A DNA stretch of 64,000 bases from Selaginella moellendorffii (lineage: Eukaryota > Plantae > Lycopodiophyta), in the NCBI RefSeq assembly GCF_000143415.4, contig NW_003314277.1, positions 1,000,224-1,064,223 on the forward strand, written 5' to 3'. Both the position numbers and the translations under genes were made by a program. This document shows, in pieces, positions 25,513 to 37,609 of this stretch (within the stretch, counting starts at the first letter, position 1; each line of letters starts with the position of its first letter). The notes under the pieces are model-generated. The model saw only the letters and a list, made by a program, of their open reading frames with translations. It did not search any database and was not told where the DNA came from.

Positions 25513-27620
25513 GGTACTGTGTTTGCGTATGGGCAAACCAGTAGCGGGAAGACTTACACGATGCAAGGTTCTGCTAATTATCCTGGTATCATCCGAGACG
25601 TTTTTGACAGCATATTTTACTGGAGATCGAATCTCGGAATTGTGAGTTGCTGACTTCTGTTCATTTAGAATTCTAACAGGGAGTTCCTAGTTCGTGTTTC
25701 TTACATGGACATTTATAACGAAGAGATGAACGGCCTCTTAACACGAGAATTTCAAGGTAACATTTGCAAGTATTTCTCACATTCTTACACTTCATTGTAC
25801 AGAAGGGGTTGTTTGTTGCTGGACTCAGAGAGGAAGTTGTTAACAGTCCTGACCATTCTTAAAGCTTGGAGAAGGTACTAGGAACGCCATAGAGGGGTAC
25901 TGACATTGTTGCAGCACATCGTCATTTTGGCGAGACGAACATGAACAGATACAGTAGTCGATCTCACTCTATATTTCGAATGGTATGTATCGTGAATCAC
26001 GCACACAAGTCATTGACAACAACAGAAACAGGACTCTGTTCGAGTGTGGTAAGCCTAGAATGTTACGATCTATACGTTTTCACTATAACTTGTGCTTTTC
26101 GATCTAGCCAGTTCTGAGCATGTTGCAAAAACAGGAGCTGGAGGAGTTCGACTTAAGGAGGGACAACACATTAGCAAGAGTCTCATGACTATTGGAACTG
26201 TTAGAAATAAGCTGAGCGAGGGTCCAGGAAAAGGTAACACTTTCCTCCTCCTAGCTTCATTTTTTTTTCATAAAGGTTATATAGCATACCTGGACAGCAA
26301 ACTGATGCGCATTCTTTAATCCTCTTTAGACGAACGCGCTGGACCAAAAACATGTTTTTGAAAGAATGCCGCAGTTCGATATTGAATGCAAGTTGTTTAT
26401 CCACAATGCAGAATGCTAGCTTCAGGCTACCGAATCTTTGAGAACATACCACGGTCGTTTTGGTCCAACAATGCCAAAGAAGCCACCAGAGGTTATCTTT
26501 GATCTAGGGCTCATGAACCAGGCCAAGAGATTCTTTAATGAGGTGCCACAGCGAGATCTTTGCTCGTAAGGTCACCATTACACTGGGTGACGTAACACTT
26601 CAACGACTCAGTGCGTCAAAGTTTCGTATCATCTGTTTCAGATACATACAGACGAAACAAACATAACACTTCAATTTGCCTCGAGATCGAAAAAAGCTTC
26701 ACATGCACGCACGTCAATGAGGTATGTTTTAGTTGGCTGCCTCCTTGATCCCGGAGGCGCAGTTTGCAGCTGACCAGCCTTCTCATGCGTATTTTTTCAT
26801 TTGCTGTTTTTGTAGATACAGCTCTCTTAAGCGGCAGGAAAAAGAAATTAAAGAGCTTCGTGAAAAGTTGTGGTATGTTTGCTCTTAATGTTCTTATTTG
26901 AGTCTTGAAAACTTATTTTAGGGGCTATGTTCAGACGATTAACTTTCTCCTTTTGCAGTAAGAATATCTGAGTTCTTAAGTTCAACAGCTCAAGATGACC
27001 ATTCGAAGGTGGTTTGTCCTCGGTTTGAATGGTATTTGTTCTGGAGTACTTTTATCCGTACTTTTATCAGCAGGTTACTCTCCGACAGACATGGTCCCCG
27101 CGACAAGTCATTTTGGACGCATGAGCTACAGCGAGATTAACAGAAAGGTGGTGATTTTCAGTCAGAAAACGATCGTCTTCGTGAATGTAGGACTTTGCAG
27201 GTAAATAGTTATTGTTTGATGTTGGATGTTTAACAATTTTATAATTTTAGTTGCGAGCAACTGCTTAATGAAATTCAGAAACGGAAGACAATGTATGAAT
27301 TGGCCGTTGACCCGTGTTCTCGTGGAGGACAGACGCTTAACGTGTGAATTGTTCATCGGGATATATGCTTGATTTGTAGGTGAAAGGTTTACTTTCTTAT
27401 AGGAACGCTGGGCTCTCAGATAGCAATCGATGGAACTGCAGTTACCAAACTTCAAAAAGTTCCAAAACGTGTACATAACAATTACATGAAGAGAAACACA
27501 GTCGAGGATCAAGAGGAAGCCAACAACGAGCTTAACTGTCACAGGTACCATGAAAATATCAGCGAAAAACATGTTGCGATAGCAAATAAAATTGCTTTTC
27601 CTCTTGAATTCATAGGAGCG
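25513..27620 (+). pseudogene. Kinesin-7 (CENP-E-like) motor gene, intron-containing pseudogene
   Basis: [16 protein letters not shown] (P-loop), REFLVRVSYMDIYNE, ETNMNRYSSRSHSIFR, DLASSE...EGQHISKSL, DSKLMRIL*. Stops and frameshifts present. Confidence 0.85.
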
Positions 27621-27714
27621 GAGGTATGAATTACAGATATGGAAAAGTCAAGGAGCTCTCTTTTGCGTCTTCTGCTATCCAGAAACTATGTTTTGGAGTA
27701 TTTATTGAGAAAAC

Positions 27715-28400
27715 CCCTTTTATCCGAATTACCGATCGCGTGATCCAGCTCGAACTCCTGGACAAAGGAGTGCACGGGAATATGAAGTTTGCTTTCAAGA
27801 AGAATCAGAGGAGGAGGACTTGGAGCGCGAGTATGATACGCACAAGGTCGTGTTCGAGTCATGTAGCCGCGTTTCTTCCACCGTCCAGGTCGCTCGCCTC
27901 ATCGCATTCTTTTCTAGTGCAAACGAGATTGCAAGATCGCTCAACGCTTGAAAGCCTACGATGTTCCGGTCATCGTCATGGAGAAGCTGGAGACGTTTGC
28001 CATTGTCGGTTCTCTCAGATCACTGGTGGGAGGGGATCGTCAAAAGGAAGCTGCGTGCCCGAGCCTGCTGTAGGCTTCACAGAAGCCGAAGCAATGGGAC
28101 TGGATCTTTGCGCCGTGGCCGCTGACTTGGGGTGATTCACTGCACACCTCCACCGCACTCTGGGTCTGGACGGCGACGACATCGAAATTCAGCTAGCGTG
28201 GGATCCTGTGAGGCGAGATCCGAAGGTGTGTCCTTGATTTCTCTGACGTGAAGCCCTTCACGACGATCGACAAGGCGGCGAGGAGCATTCTCTACAACGA
28301 GAGTTTCTACCCGAGGCCGTCCCAGGAGCTGCTGTGGGCAGCGTTAGTGCTTCACTACGGTGATCACAAGTTCGTGTGGCGGGTTGAAGAGAATCTATAA
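27715..28400 (+). pseudogene. DUF3669-like kinase-fold gene, copy 2 (frameshifts and stop)
   Basis: DRVIQLELLDKGVHG..AFK and GLDGDDIEIQLAW, NESFYPRP lie in different frames. Confidence 0.8.
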
Positions 28401-28669
28401 ATATCATCTATAAATAGATAGTTTGGTATCAAGACTTTCAAAGAGATTTTCAATATTTAAATGGCAGTGGTTATTTCCCTTTTCTCTAGTGTGTGTATGT
28501 CATGTTAATGCTTTACTATATAAATTTTTATATAGTCATAATTTTATCTTACCAATAAAGTATAAGCAAAATGACTTAAAAGATAATTTATAGAGTTCAA
28601 ATATAAAAAGAAAAAGCTTATAAATAAGAATGCACTTCATTTTTCAATCGATATTTAGGGTTAAGCATT

Positions 28670-30125
28670 TGTAAGTTGACTAAATTTTCCACATTTAACC
28701 ACACTTCTAACCACTTGGAGGAGTCTCACTCACAACCTCTGTAAGTTCTATTCTGGACTTAAAGACTTGTTAGCTCCAAGAATGGCATCTATGCCACTTA
28801 ACCATTACACTTGGTCTAAGTGCTCCATGTGTCAAATCCCAAAACCGACACCCTAAGGTACCATCGATATATCAGTCCGTTATGCTAAGGCTATGCCCAT
28901 TCACTTTGGTCACATCGGTGGTCTAACACCACCTACATCACAATCCCGTCTCTCAAAGATTGAGTCATCCATCCATGAGTGATCATCCTAAATCTACTTC
29001 TTAACATCTTTAGGATGCCTGCAGACAAGGGGAATAACCTTCCCCAATATCTCTTTTCCGGTCCCCACTAAGTTCCTTTTTGTCTATGGCCGCATTCGCC
29101 AATACTACCACTGGATGAAGGCTCACAGGCCCAACCACCAAGTCCCACTGTCCACTAGGACTTCCTTACTGTATGATTGTATCCTTGGTTGCCACTCCAG
29201 AGGACTACTTCTCTTCCTTTCCACAGTTTGGGATTTTAGGATAACATTTCAAAACACCGTGGCTCTACGCGAGCCTCCTGGGTACTTTCCCCACCTTCCG
29301 CCTTTAGGTGCTCTAGCCATGAGCTTAGAGCAAAGTTCTGTTGAGCCACGTCAAATATCCAAGTAGGTAGTGCCACCCACACTTGGATTAGGAGCATCGA
29401 TTATTCGATCTTTCGAGGGAACTAAAGTTGGCTTTTGAACACTTCGTCAAGCTATCCCGATTATCAGTTTATATTCACTCTAACCTTGGACTTCCCAATG
29501 GTCATCCCATCACCTAACAGCTGGGTATGGCATTCTTGGGCCAAACTGGCTCTATTGGGTTCCAACCCCCACACTCTCCCTACTATACTTTTGGAACCCT
29601 TTGCAGCCCGCACCCCCCCCCCCTTCCCCCCCCCCCCGGGGGACAATTGCTTTGGGCTTTCATTCAATAGCCTATATTAGTATTTGGACTCGGACTTGGT
29701 CTTGGTTCCGATTTTGGACTTGGACTCGGGCTCGGTCTCGGTCTTGGATCCATCTCGGGTCCATCTCAGACTCCATCTCGGGTCTATATTGGGTCCATCT
29801 TAGATTCCATCTCGAACTCCATCTCGGGTCCATCTTAGGTCCATCTTAGACTCCATTTCAACTCCATCCCAAACTCTTCCATGTGTCATGTGTTGGTCCT
29901 CTTGTGTCCCTTTTTTAAAGACTCACTTATTGCTCGTTTTGTGTTTGTTCTTCGAGCCCTTTGTTGGGAATTCCACTCTCGCTCTCGGCCTTTCAAGTTA
30001 GAACTTTTAATCCAAACGTGTTACACTCGTTTGACTTTCGCTTTGGCCACTACCACGTGGCACCTTTTCGGCTCCACTTTGGGGCTTAGGGATTTTGTGT
30101 CTCACAACATCCTTGGGTTAAAATA
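28670..30125 (-). mobile_element. LTR-type element with 11/12-bp repeat array, inserted in the third duplication unit
   Basis: Contains the rc of the shared tgaaagcccaaagc...gggg module (~29575-29665). Interrupts homology between 16650-17000 and 17020 onward. Confidence 0.65.
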
Positions 30126-30853
30126 GTACTAAATCCATGGGTTTAAATTTAAAACCTTATTTAAGACCTTACATAGAGTTTTATTTGCTTTCACAAACAC
30201 ACAAGTTACTAATGCTATGACAAGTTACTAATGTTATATTTTGAGATTAGTATTTGGCAAGCATTTTTCCATTGATCCAAGTGGAGTTTACTTAACACTT
30301 ATGCAACAATAACATTCAAACTTTTATTATCATCAAATTTATAAGTAGAAAATAGATTATTTAAAGTTAGTATATTTTCTCAATCTTACTATATATGGTT
30401 TATCCAAATGGCTCTTTGTTCAGTGGAACAGACCATATAAAGTGTTTTGACACAAATTTATGAAATTTAGCACAATATTCAATAAATTGATCCTCTAAAA
30501 ATTGTATATATACAATAGTTAAAACATTTTATATAAAAGGATAAAAAAATACATTGCCATCATTTTATGTATCCCCAATGTTAACATCCTTTAATAGGAT
30601 TTATTGCTATGAGCTTTGAAAAGATCTGACATCCCAGGAAAAAAAAATAGACTATACATTCTTTTCTCAAAAACAGATGGAATACAAAAATGTACAAAAT
30701 ATTTGATTAGTCATTTATATAGAAGAGTGAAATCCAGCAACAGGGCAGCCAAATCTTTTTTCAGGACTGGAAAATCTGCTCCGTGATTACCCTTTGCAGG
30801 CAGATGTTTAGTTTTAATTCTTAGAACAAGGGATGACCAGCTTTCTCTTTTTC

Positions 30854-32868
30854 TTACCTCTTTCTCCGCGGTGGCTTCTTTCCATTCAGACGATGGTCTT
30901 TTGCAACCAGAAGATCAACCTCGAAACCAAGGCTCCTTTCAAACTCGTGCATCAAACAAACTTCAAGCTCAGAGCAGATGCTCACCACCTTTCTCGTCCA
31001 AAGGATCCTGTGCACGCCTGCTCTCGCCAAATACCCATCCGCGGACTCCGGCATGTCAAAGTTGATAACATGCTGCCTTCCACTGTAGATTATGTTGGTG
31101 ATTAGAAGCAAACCACGCTGGCGAAAAGCCCGATTCGTCTCTTCAATGCAGTGCTGCGGCATGCCAGTGTGCGTTGCAGCCACTTTAAAATCCGCACGTT
31201 CCATCCCAGAAGCAACCAGTTCCACCTGCGATACCGAGTTGCAATACACTGTCACTGTATCGCTCCTGATCCGAAACAACTTCCACACTTCCCCGAGCTT
31301 GGAGAGCTTGTCACTAGCGCTCTTGACAGCTGCATAGAAGTGCTTGACTGAGCTTACGGTGAAGGCTGGCCTGGGAATCCTGCTCGTCTCGCCCTTGCAG
31401 AACCTTGTGACGATATCTTCTACACCAGGAGATGGGTCTAGGGAGTGGATCCCCAAGATCACGTCTCGGCTCCAAAGGATGGAGCATATTGCCTCCACAT
31501 GTACTTTCTGTGTGGAAACCAGCACATTGGTTTCTACGAGAACGGCTCTGTGTGGCTTCCAAGTCGTGCTGGCCCCGCACAGTGCTTCCTGCATCCTGTC
31601 CGGAGTCCCGAGTACAATTCCGGGTGAAAGTTCATTCATGATCGCTGGCTCGCTGAGGTAAGTCACCTTAACTTCAAACAGTCCCAGGCCGTCCACGAAG
31701 GCCTGCAACAGCTCCAAAAGCTGAGGAATCCGGTGGCCTGGAGCGAGAACTATTGAGGCGGTGCTTGTTGAATCGGGAATGAGGCCCGGCATGAAGGCCA
31801 GGATGCCAGACCAGTCCTGGCACACAACGTTGCGTCGAAACACGGAGAAATTCTGGACCGCATTGCAGAAGCACGGGTCAAGGAAACCAGAGCAGCACGC
31901 TGCTTCTGAAACAATCAAAGCGAACTCCAGATGAAGAAAACAGAAAGAAGCGAAGATACATACCTGGGAGTGACAACTCTATCGCCCGCAATAGCTCTTT
32001 GCTCATGTTGATCGCTTCCCAGGGAGCAAGGTAATTGATTACATCCAACTTGGCAGGCCTGACAGTACAGAAGTTTAAGAGAGGTTGAGGCTAAACAAGG
32101 CGAACCTGCAAGGAGAAGGTTTCAGTGATACCGGGAGACTGAAAAACAGGAGGGACTCTATCAGGTCCATAACCTGTCAAGCACACCGTCAGATCGACTA
32201 AAGCACTGAAAGGAGCAAAACACCTACTCGGCTGAAAAACTCGGGGTTGTCGTCGTCAACAAGAACAAGCGCTAGAAGTGTCATGCTGGCCTTCAGCTTG
32301 CGAGCCTCTTGGGGGCTCGCCACAACTATATCCAGACGATCCAGCATCCACTGGTGCTCCTCCATGCTTCCCACCAGCTTCCAAGGGTGGTAGTAGCAAC
32401 GCAAAACCTCCACAAAGTGTTTCACATTGGCTGGAGCTGTGACGACGAGCATGTTGTCAAAGACGTTGGATCTTGGCCTGACCAAACGCAGCAGTAGCTC
32501 GAGGAGGCGCACGGACTTGACCGGAGGCGGAGCGTCCTTGAACTCTACAAAAAGGAGGAGTTTTACATAAAAGAGAAGCTTTTTTTTTACGGTTTTCTAC
32601 CTTTGCAGCGCTCAATTCCGCGGTAGATCGAACAGATGTTGTCCCAGATACTGTGCTTGGACAAGTTGCCAGGGATGACAGAGCAGTTGAGGATGATGCC
32701 ATGGTAACCAAAGAGGAAATCCTCGAGAGAGAAAGCATCAGGCTCTCGCTGCGATTGAATTGGAGCTTGCCTGCGGGATAGCACCGAATGAAGGAGAAAA
32801 GGGATGCTTGACGGCACCAGGAGCTCCAGCGCCGCCGCCTGCCGATGGAAACACACGGGATCCTCCAT
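30854..32868 (-). CDS. eIF4A-like DEAD-box pseudo-helicase with an extra degenerate RecA-like domain, copy 3 (apparently intact)
   Basis: Five GT-AG-spliced exons can be joined in frame (MEDPVCF...CK/EFKDAPP...FFSR/VMDLIE...PCR/PAKLD...LSLP/...GFLDP...). A possible short last exon would end at ~30761. Confidence 0.75.
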
Positions 32869-32920
32869 AGCCGCGGGGTGCCGAGTATATGGGTAGACTA
32901 TTTAGGGTAAATATAGCAGC

Positions 32921-33709
32921 ATGGACTTGGATTCCTTGTTTGTCCGAGGGGAAGATCGCGTCATCCAGCTTCACTACCTCGACACAGGAACGCACGGCAG
33001 CGTTTATTGCTGGAGGAACTAGGCATTCAAGGTGGGATCCCCGGAGAATTCCCTGGGGGATCTGGAGCGTGAGTTCCAAGCGCAGAACTTGGTGTTTCAA
33101 TCGTGGGACAGTGCTTCTTCCACCATCGAGATCACCCGGCCGATCGCATTCTTCCCCCGTGCAGATAGGATGGCAGATTCCCTTGGCGTGGAGCTCCGTG
33201 GCTTGAAAGCCTACGATGTTCCAGTGATGATCACGGAGAAGCTCGAGCCTTTGCCGTCGTCGATTCTCTCCGATCAGTGGTGGGAGGGAGAAAGAACCTG
33301 CCGCTTGTATCTCGGATCGTCGGAAGGAAGCTGGGCGCCCGAGCCTGCGGTAGGCTACACAGAAGCCGAGGCAATGGGACTGGATCTTTACGCCGTGGCG
33401 GCTGACTTGGGGCGATTCACGGCACACCTCCACCGCGGCCTGGGTCTGGACGGGGACGACATCGAAATTCAGCTAGCGTGGGATCCTGTGAAGCGAGCAC
33501 CCAAGGTATGTGTCCTCGATTTCTCTGACGTGAAGCCCTTGACGACGATGGCGAGGAGCATTCTCTACAACGAGAGTTTCTACCCGAGGCCGTCCCAGGA
33601 GCTGCTGTGGGCAGCGTTCGCGCTTCACTACGGCGATCACAAGTTCGCGCGGCGGGTTGAAGAGATCTACAGCGACGAGAAGGAGGAGCTCTTCGAGAAT
33701 TTCTCATGA
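32921..33709 (+). CDS. Intronless DUF3669-like atypical protein-kinase-fold protein, copy 3 (single in-frame TAG at 33020-33022)
   Basis: LDTGTHGSVY (Gly loop), AFKV (Lys), LEREF (alphaC), CRLYLG, HLHRGLGLDGDDIEIQL, VLDFSD, NESFYPRP..LW..F...Y. Confidence 0.7.
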
Positions 33710-34030
33710 TCTAAGATCATTGTTTTTTCTTTTTCTTAGCTAGAAAACTATAGAGATCTATGGCTGTTGTATCAAATTCTTGCCTCTCTTGGTGTTAGCT
33801 AGCCCAAGAGCTACGGAAACTTACAATGTATGTTTCTTTCCTTCGTGATCGGAGTTTCGCAATATTTGGATCATCCATAGCCCGCGAATATCCAGTTGCC
33901 GGGCGAGAATATGCCAGTTTTTGTTTCCCGCGAATATTCGGCGTCAAACACACAAAAAAGTTTGTGTGGCCACGTAGGGCTTTCTCTGGAAATTTTAGGG
34001 TTCGTGGGGGGCGTGTTTGCTGGGGCGGAT

Positions 34031-34900
34031 ATGGGGATCGGCGACGCACCTTCGGATCTCTTTGCAAAGCTCGCGGCCGCGGGCGGCGCAACCAGATCCT
34101 CCTCCATCGGCGCCCGCGGCAAGAGGAAGTCGGATTGCTGCGCGCCGCTGGAATGCCCCCTCTCCATGAAGCACGCCAGGGCCGCCGACGGCTCCAAGAT
34201 CCCTAGTGCTGCTCCTACCCCCGCCGCCGGGATCGCCACTGCCAGCGCCGCCTCGCCGCCACCCAATCTTCTCCACCACCACCACAGTCACTCCGCCGCC
34301 GCCGCCGCCGCCGAGGAGGAGGAATCCGACCTCGCCCTGGCCTCCGGCGCCGCCGCGGTTGGGGCGATCGATGATTCGTATCCCTACGCTTGCGAGGGCG
34401 AGGATGGCAGCGGCAGCAAGCGGCGGATCTTGCCGCTGTGGGTGTCGACGATCGATGGCGGCGAGCACGAGTGGGAGGCGACGGCGCCCTGGAACGTCTT
34501 CACCAAGGGTTTCTTCCACGTCCGTGGCTCGGATCTTCGCGCGGGCTACTGGGTCTACTACAAGGGCCACTGCGTCGCGCGGGCGCTGGTGTGGAACGAC
34601 GAATTCGACGAGATGAGGTACGAGCACCAGGGCTACTCGCCGATGATGCGAGGATTGGACAAGGGCAGCGTGTCGGCGGTGTCGGTCGGATTGATGGCCA
34701 TCCTGGACGCCATCGCCTGGTCCAGGAGCTTGCTTCCATTCGCGCAGTGGCACATCTACGTGGACAATGTGGACGCGCTCAAGCTGGTGGACATGTACCA
34801 GAGGAACCTCCAGTTCATGAAGTTCCACCCCGAGAGGCCGCTGCTGGATCTCATCGTGGACGCTGCGCAGTCTGGCCGGATCCACTTGCACAAGAAGTGA
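34031..34900 (+). CDS. Intronless protein with low-complexity N-terminus and C-terminal RNase H1-like fold lacking catalytic residues
   Basis: GC-rich ORF. VFTKG (cf. YTDG), AGYWVYY (cf. AGYGVYF), VGLMAILDAI (cf. AELMAAIEAL), IYVDN (cf. IYTDS), IHLHK. Confidence 0.6.
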   Translation: MGIGDAPSDLFAKLAAAGGATRSSSIGARGKRKSDCCAPLECPLSMKHARAADGSKIPSAAPTPAAGIATASAASPPPNLLHHHHSHSAAAAAAEEEESDLALASGAAAVGAIDDSYPYACEGEDGSGSKRRILPLWVSTIDGGEHEWEATAPWNVFTKGFFHVRGSDLRAGYWVYYKGHCVARALVWNDEFDEMRYEHQGYSPMMRGLDKGSVSAVSVGLMAILDAIAWSRSLLPFAQWHIYVDNVDALKLVDMYQRNLQFMKFHPERPLLDLIVDAAQSGRIHLHKK

Positions 34901-35452
34901 CGGGAGTGGATTGGATCGGATCCATCGTCGCAAGAGAAGCCATGATCGATCAATCAATCCAACAGGAAGGAAAAGGAAGAACGCAAACAGAATCCAGCAG
35001 GGAGAAGGAAGCGATGAAGGCGAGAAGATGAAAATTGGATTTTTTACAGCCGAGAAAAAGGAAGGAAAAAAAAAAAAGGAGTGAAAAGAGAGCTACTTAT
35101 TCTTCGTTTCTCCTCAGTGTTTATACCCAAAGCATCAAAGAGCGCAAATTCCTTTTTGTAAATACCAAACAATAGGAAGAACACCCTCTCTTTTCTTATC
35201 AGCTTATCTATCTTGTTAACACAAAACACGCCCAAAATTTTCACAAAAAAAGAGTTAGAGAAGAAACCAAAACTTTTTTTTTTCTTTAATAGTACCTAGC
35301 CTGTGCTGCTGCGCTGCTGTTTATGCTGGCTGCCAGCAAGATGAAAGCAAAAGAACCAAGTAGAGAAGAAGTAGAAATAGAAGAAAAGTGAAGAAAAAAA
35401 ACGAGAAAAAAAAAATTTTCGCCACATACCGACGCGATGATCCATCTTTCGA

Positions 35453-37609
35453 TCAAGTATGAGCCGTTTGAGCAGCCGACGAGGACGCTGGCGGTGGCTG
35501 CTGCGAGTAAGACTCTGATCCTGGAGCACTGGCAGCAGCAGAATTCGCAGCGGCACCCTCGGCTGCTTGAACATACTGTCCCGATTGATCGTAGGCATAG
35601 GACTGATCATACTCGTAGCCATAGCCAGTAGCACCAGCGTACTCTTGATCCTGGTTGTAGCCGCCCGCCTGGTTGTATCCCGATTGATCGTAGCCTTGCG
35701 GGTACTGCTGGTCGTACGGTGCTTGCTGGTCGTAGTAGTACCCCTGCTGTCCATAGTTGTAGTTTGGATCGCCCTCGTTTTGCTGGCCGCCACCCTCCGA
35801 GTTTTGGTAGTAGTCGTAAGAGCCACCCTGCTGTTGGTTTTGGTCCCAGTAGTTTCCATACTGCTGTGAGCCGTAGCCTTGCTGCTGCTGGTAGCCATAG
35901 CCGGACTGGGACTGGGACTGGCCACCCCAGGCCGGTCGAAAGCCTTGCTGGTAGCCTCCGGCCCTCGAGCGTCCCTGCAAGGTCAGTGTATACTTAGCAT
36001 AAACAGACACAAGCACAGGCATATAGAATGCAAGGAAGAAAGTATAAGAACAAAGAAGGGTTTTCGAAAAGCATAGATAATGTGACTACTCTAGAGACCT
36101 CAAGAAACATACCATTGGGAAAAGAGTATCATGGTTTTTTTTTCACACTGCTGATGAGACGAACTTTTGCCTCCTAATGCTTACTGTTGAAGGTTAGAGC
36201 CGCACAGAGAGAACATAAAGGGGACGGCAAATTTTCGCAAGGTTGTCTTACCAAGCAAGCAAAATGAAATGGTTACAAGGCAGGAGGACGACACGACTTC
36301 CAAGAATGCTATCACCAAACCTGAAATACTGATAAGAAATACCTCTCCAATGACATCTTTGATCATGTCAGTTGCAATGTCGGTCTGTTGCTTGGTCCCT
36401 ACTAACGTCACGATCCTCTCCGTGGCACCTGGCTCCGTTTCTCTATCATGTTGCACCTAACAGGAGAAGAAAAACGTTAGGAAAATCTCCAGCCCGTTGG
36501 CTAACAAACAGCCCCTCAACTATAGATTTGATACCTGAATTCGTGCCCCGGATGTTTGTTGGAGATTTCTAATGGTCTCACCACCTTTCCCGATGATCAG
36601 ACCGACCTGTGACGAAATCTAGATTAAAATAGCTCCAGCAAAGACTGCATAAAGGACCTTGTTATTTGGAACCCGGACGTGTATTGGATCTCCAACACCG
36701 CCAGTGCCTCCACCTCCCACAGGTCCTCCCACGATACCCTGCTGCAAAACAAGCGTTACCGTCAGCTCCCTTGCAAAAGAGAAAGACCAAAAGGCCAGAG
36801 AAGAAAACAAAAAAGAAAGACTTTCGCGTACATCTCCCACGACTTCTCTGATAAGTTGCTCGGCCCGAGAAATCTGTTCAGGGGTACCAGTGAGCTCAAC
36901 CTGCCTTGTTACTGCGCCCGGATCAGCCTCGGCATCTCTGGTCACTTGAATCTTAGCACCGGATTGCTGTTGCAAGGTCCTGATAGTCTCACCTCCCTTG
37001 CCAATCACGAGCCCAACCTGCAAAACCAAAAAAACTCCATATCACCATAAGATCAAAAAAAAAAAGAAAGAAAAAGAAAAACAACAACAACAAAGGAACT
37101 TCTCGATACAAACCTTGGTATTAGGAACGTCCACTCTCTTGGTCTGGTGCTGGACGTACGAATCTGAAGGAGGCCGATCATCTAAATGAAAATTAAAAAG
37201 GGGAAGAAGATTGAGGATCGTCCTTTCTAGCAGCAATCAACCAACAGTAGCGAGTACCTTGATGCCCATAATGTCCCCCGGCGCGCTCCACATTGCTGGC
37301 CACGCCATCGTTGTCATCCGCGCTCGTCCGGGCTCTCTTGTACTCCACTTCCCCAACCAGGCGCGCGGCAATCTGCTCGGCGCGCTGCTTCGCCGCCTCG
37401 AAGCCCGAGAGAGGAGGAGGGACGCTCTTGTAAGACGGGCGCTGGCTGTCGGAAGAAGGCGGCGGCGGCGGAGGAGGACGCTGCTGCTGTGGCGGCTGCC
37501 GCGGTGGCGCCTCCACTGGCTCCTCGTATTTCCGCTTACTGGAGGCCATCCGTGGGGACGAAGATCGCCGCTCGTAGTCGCCATGAGCTGGGCGCCCGCT
37601 CTCCGCCAT
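35453..37609 (-). CDS. KH-domain RNA-binding protein (FUBP-like), multi-exon
   Basis: Two KH domains (VGLVIGKGGETIRTLQQQSGAKIQV; VGLIIGKGGETIRNLQQTSGARIQ) and a Y/Q/G-rich tail. Confidence 0.9.

Noticed and set aside
33995-34957. 320-aa antisense ORF and other overlapping ORFs
   Set aside because: Shadows of a GC-rich plus-strand gene; no recognisable motifs.
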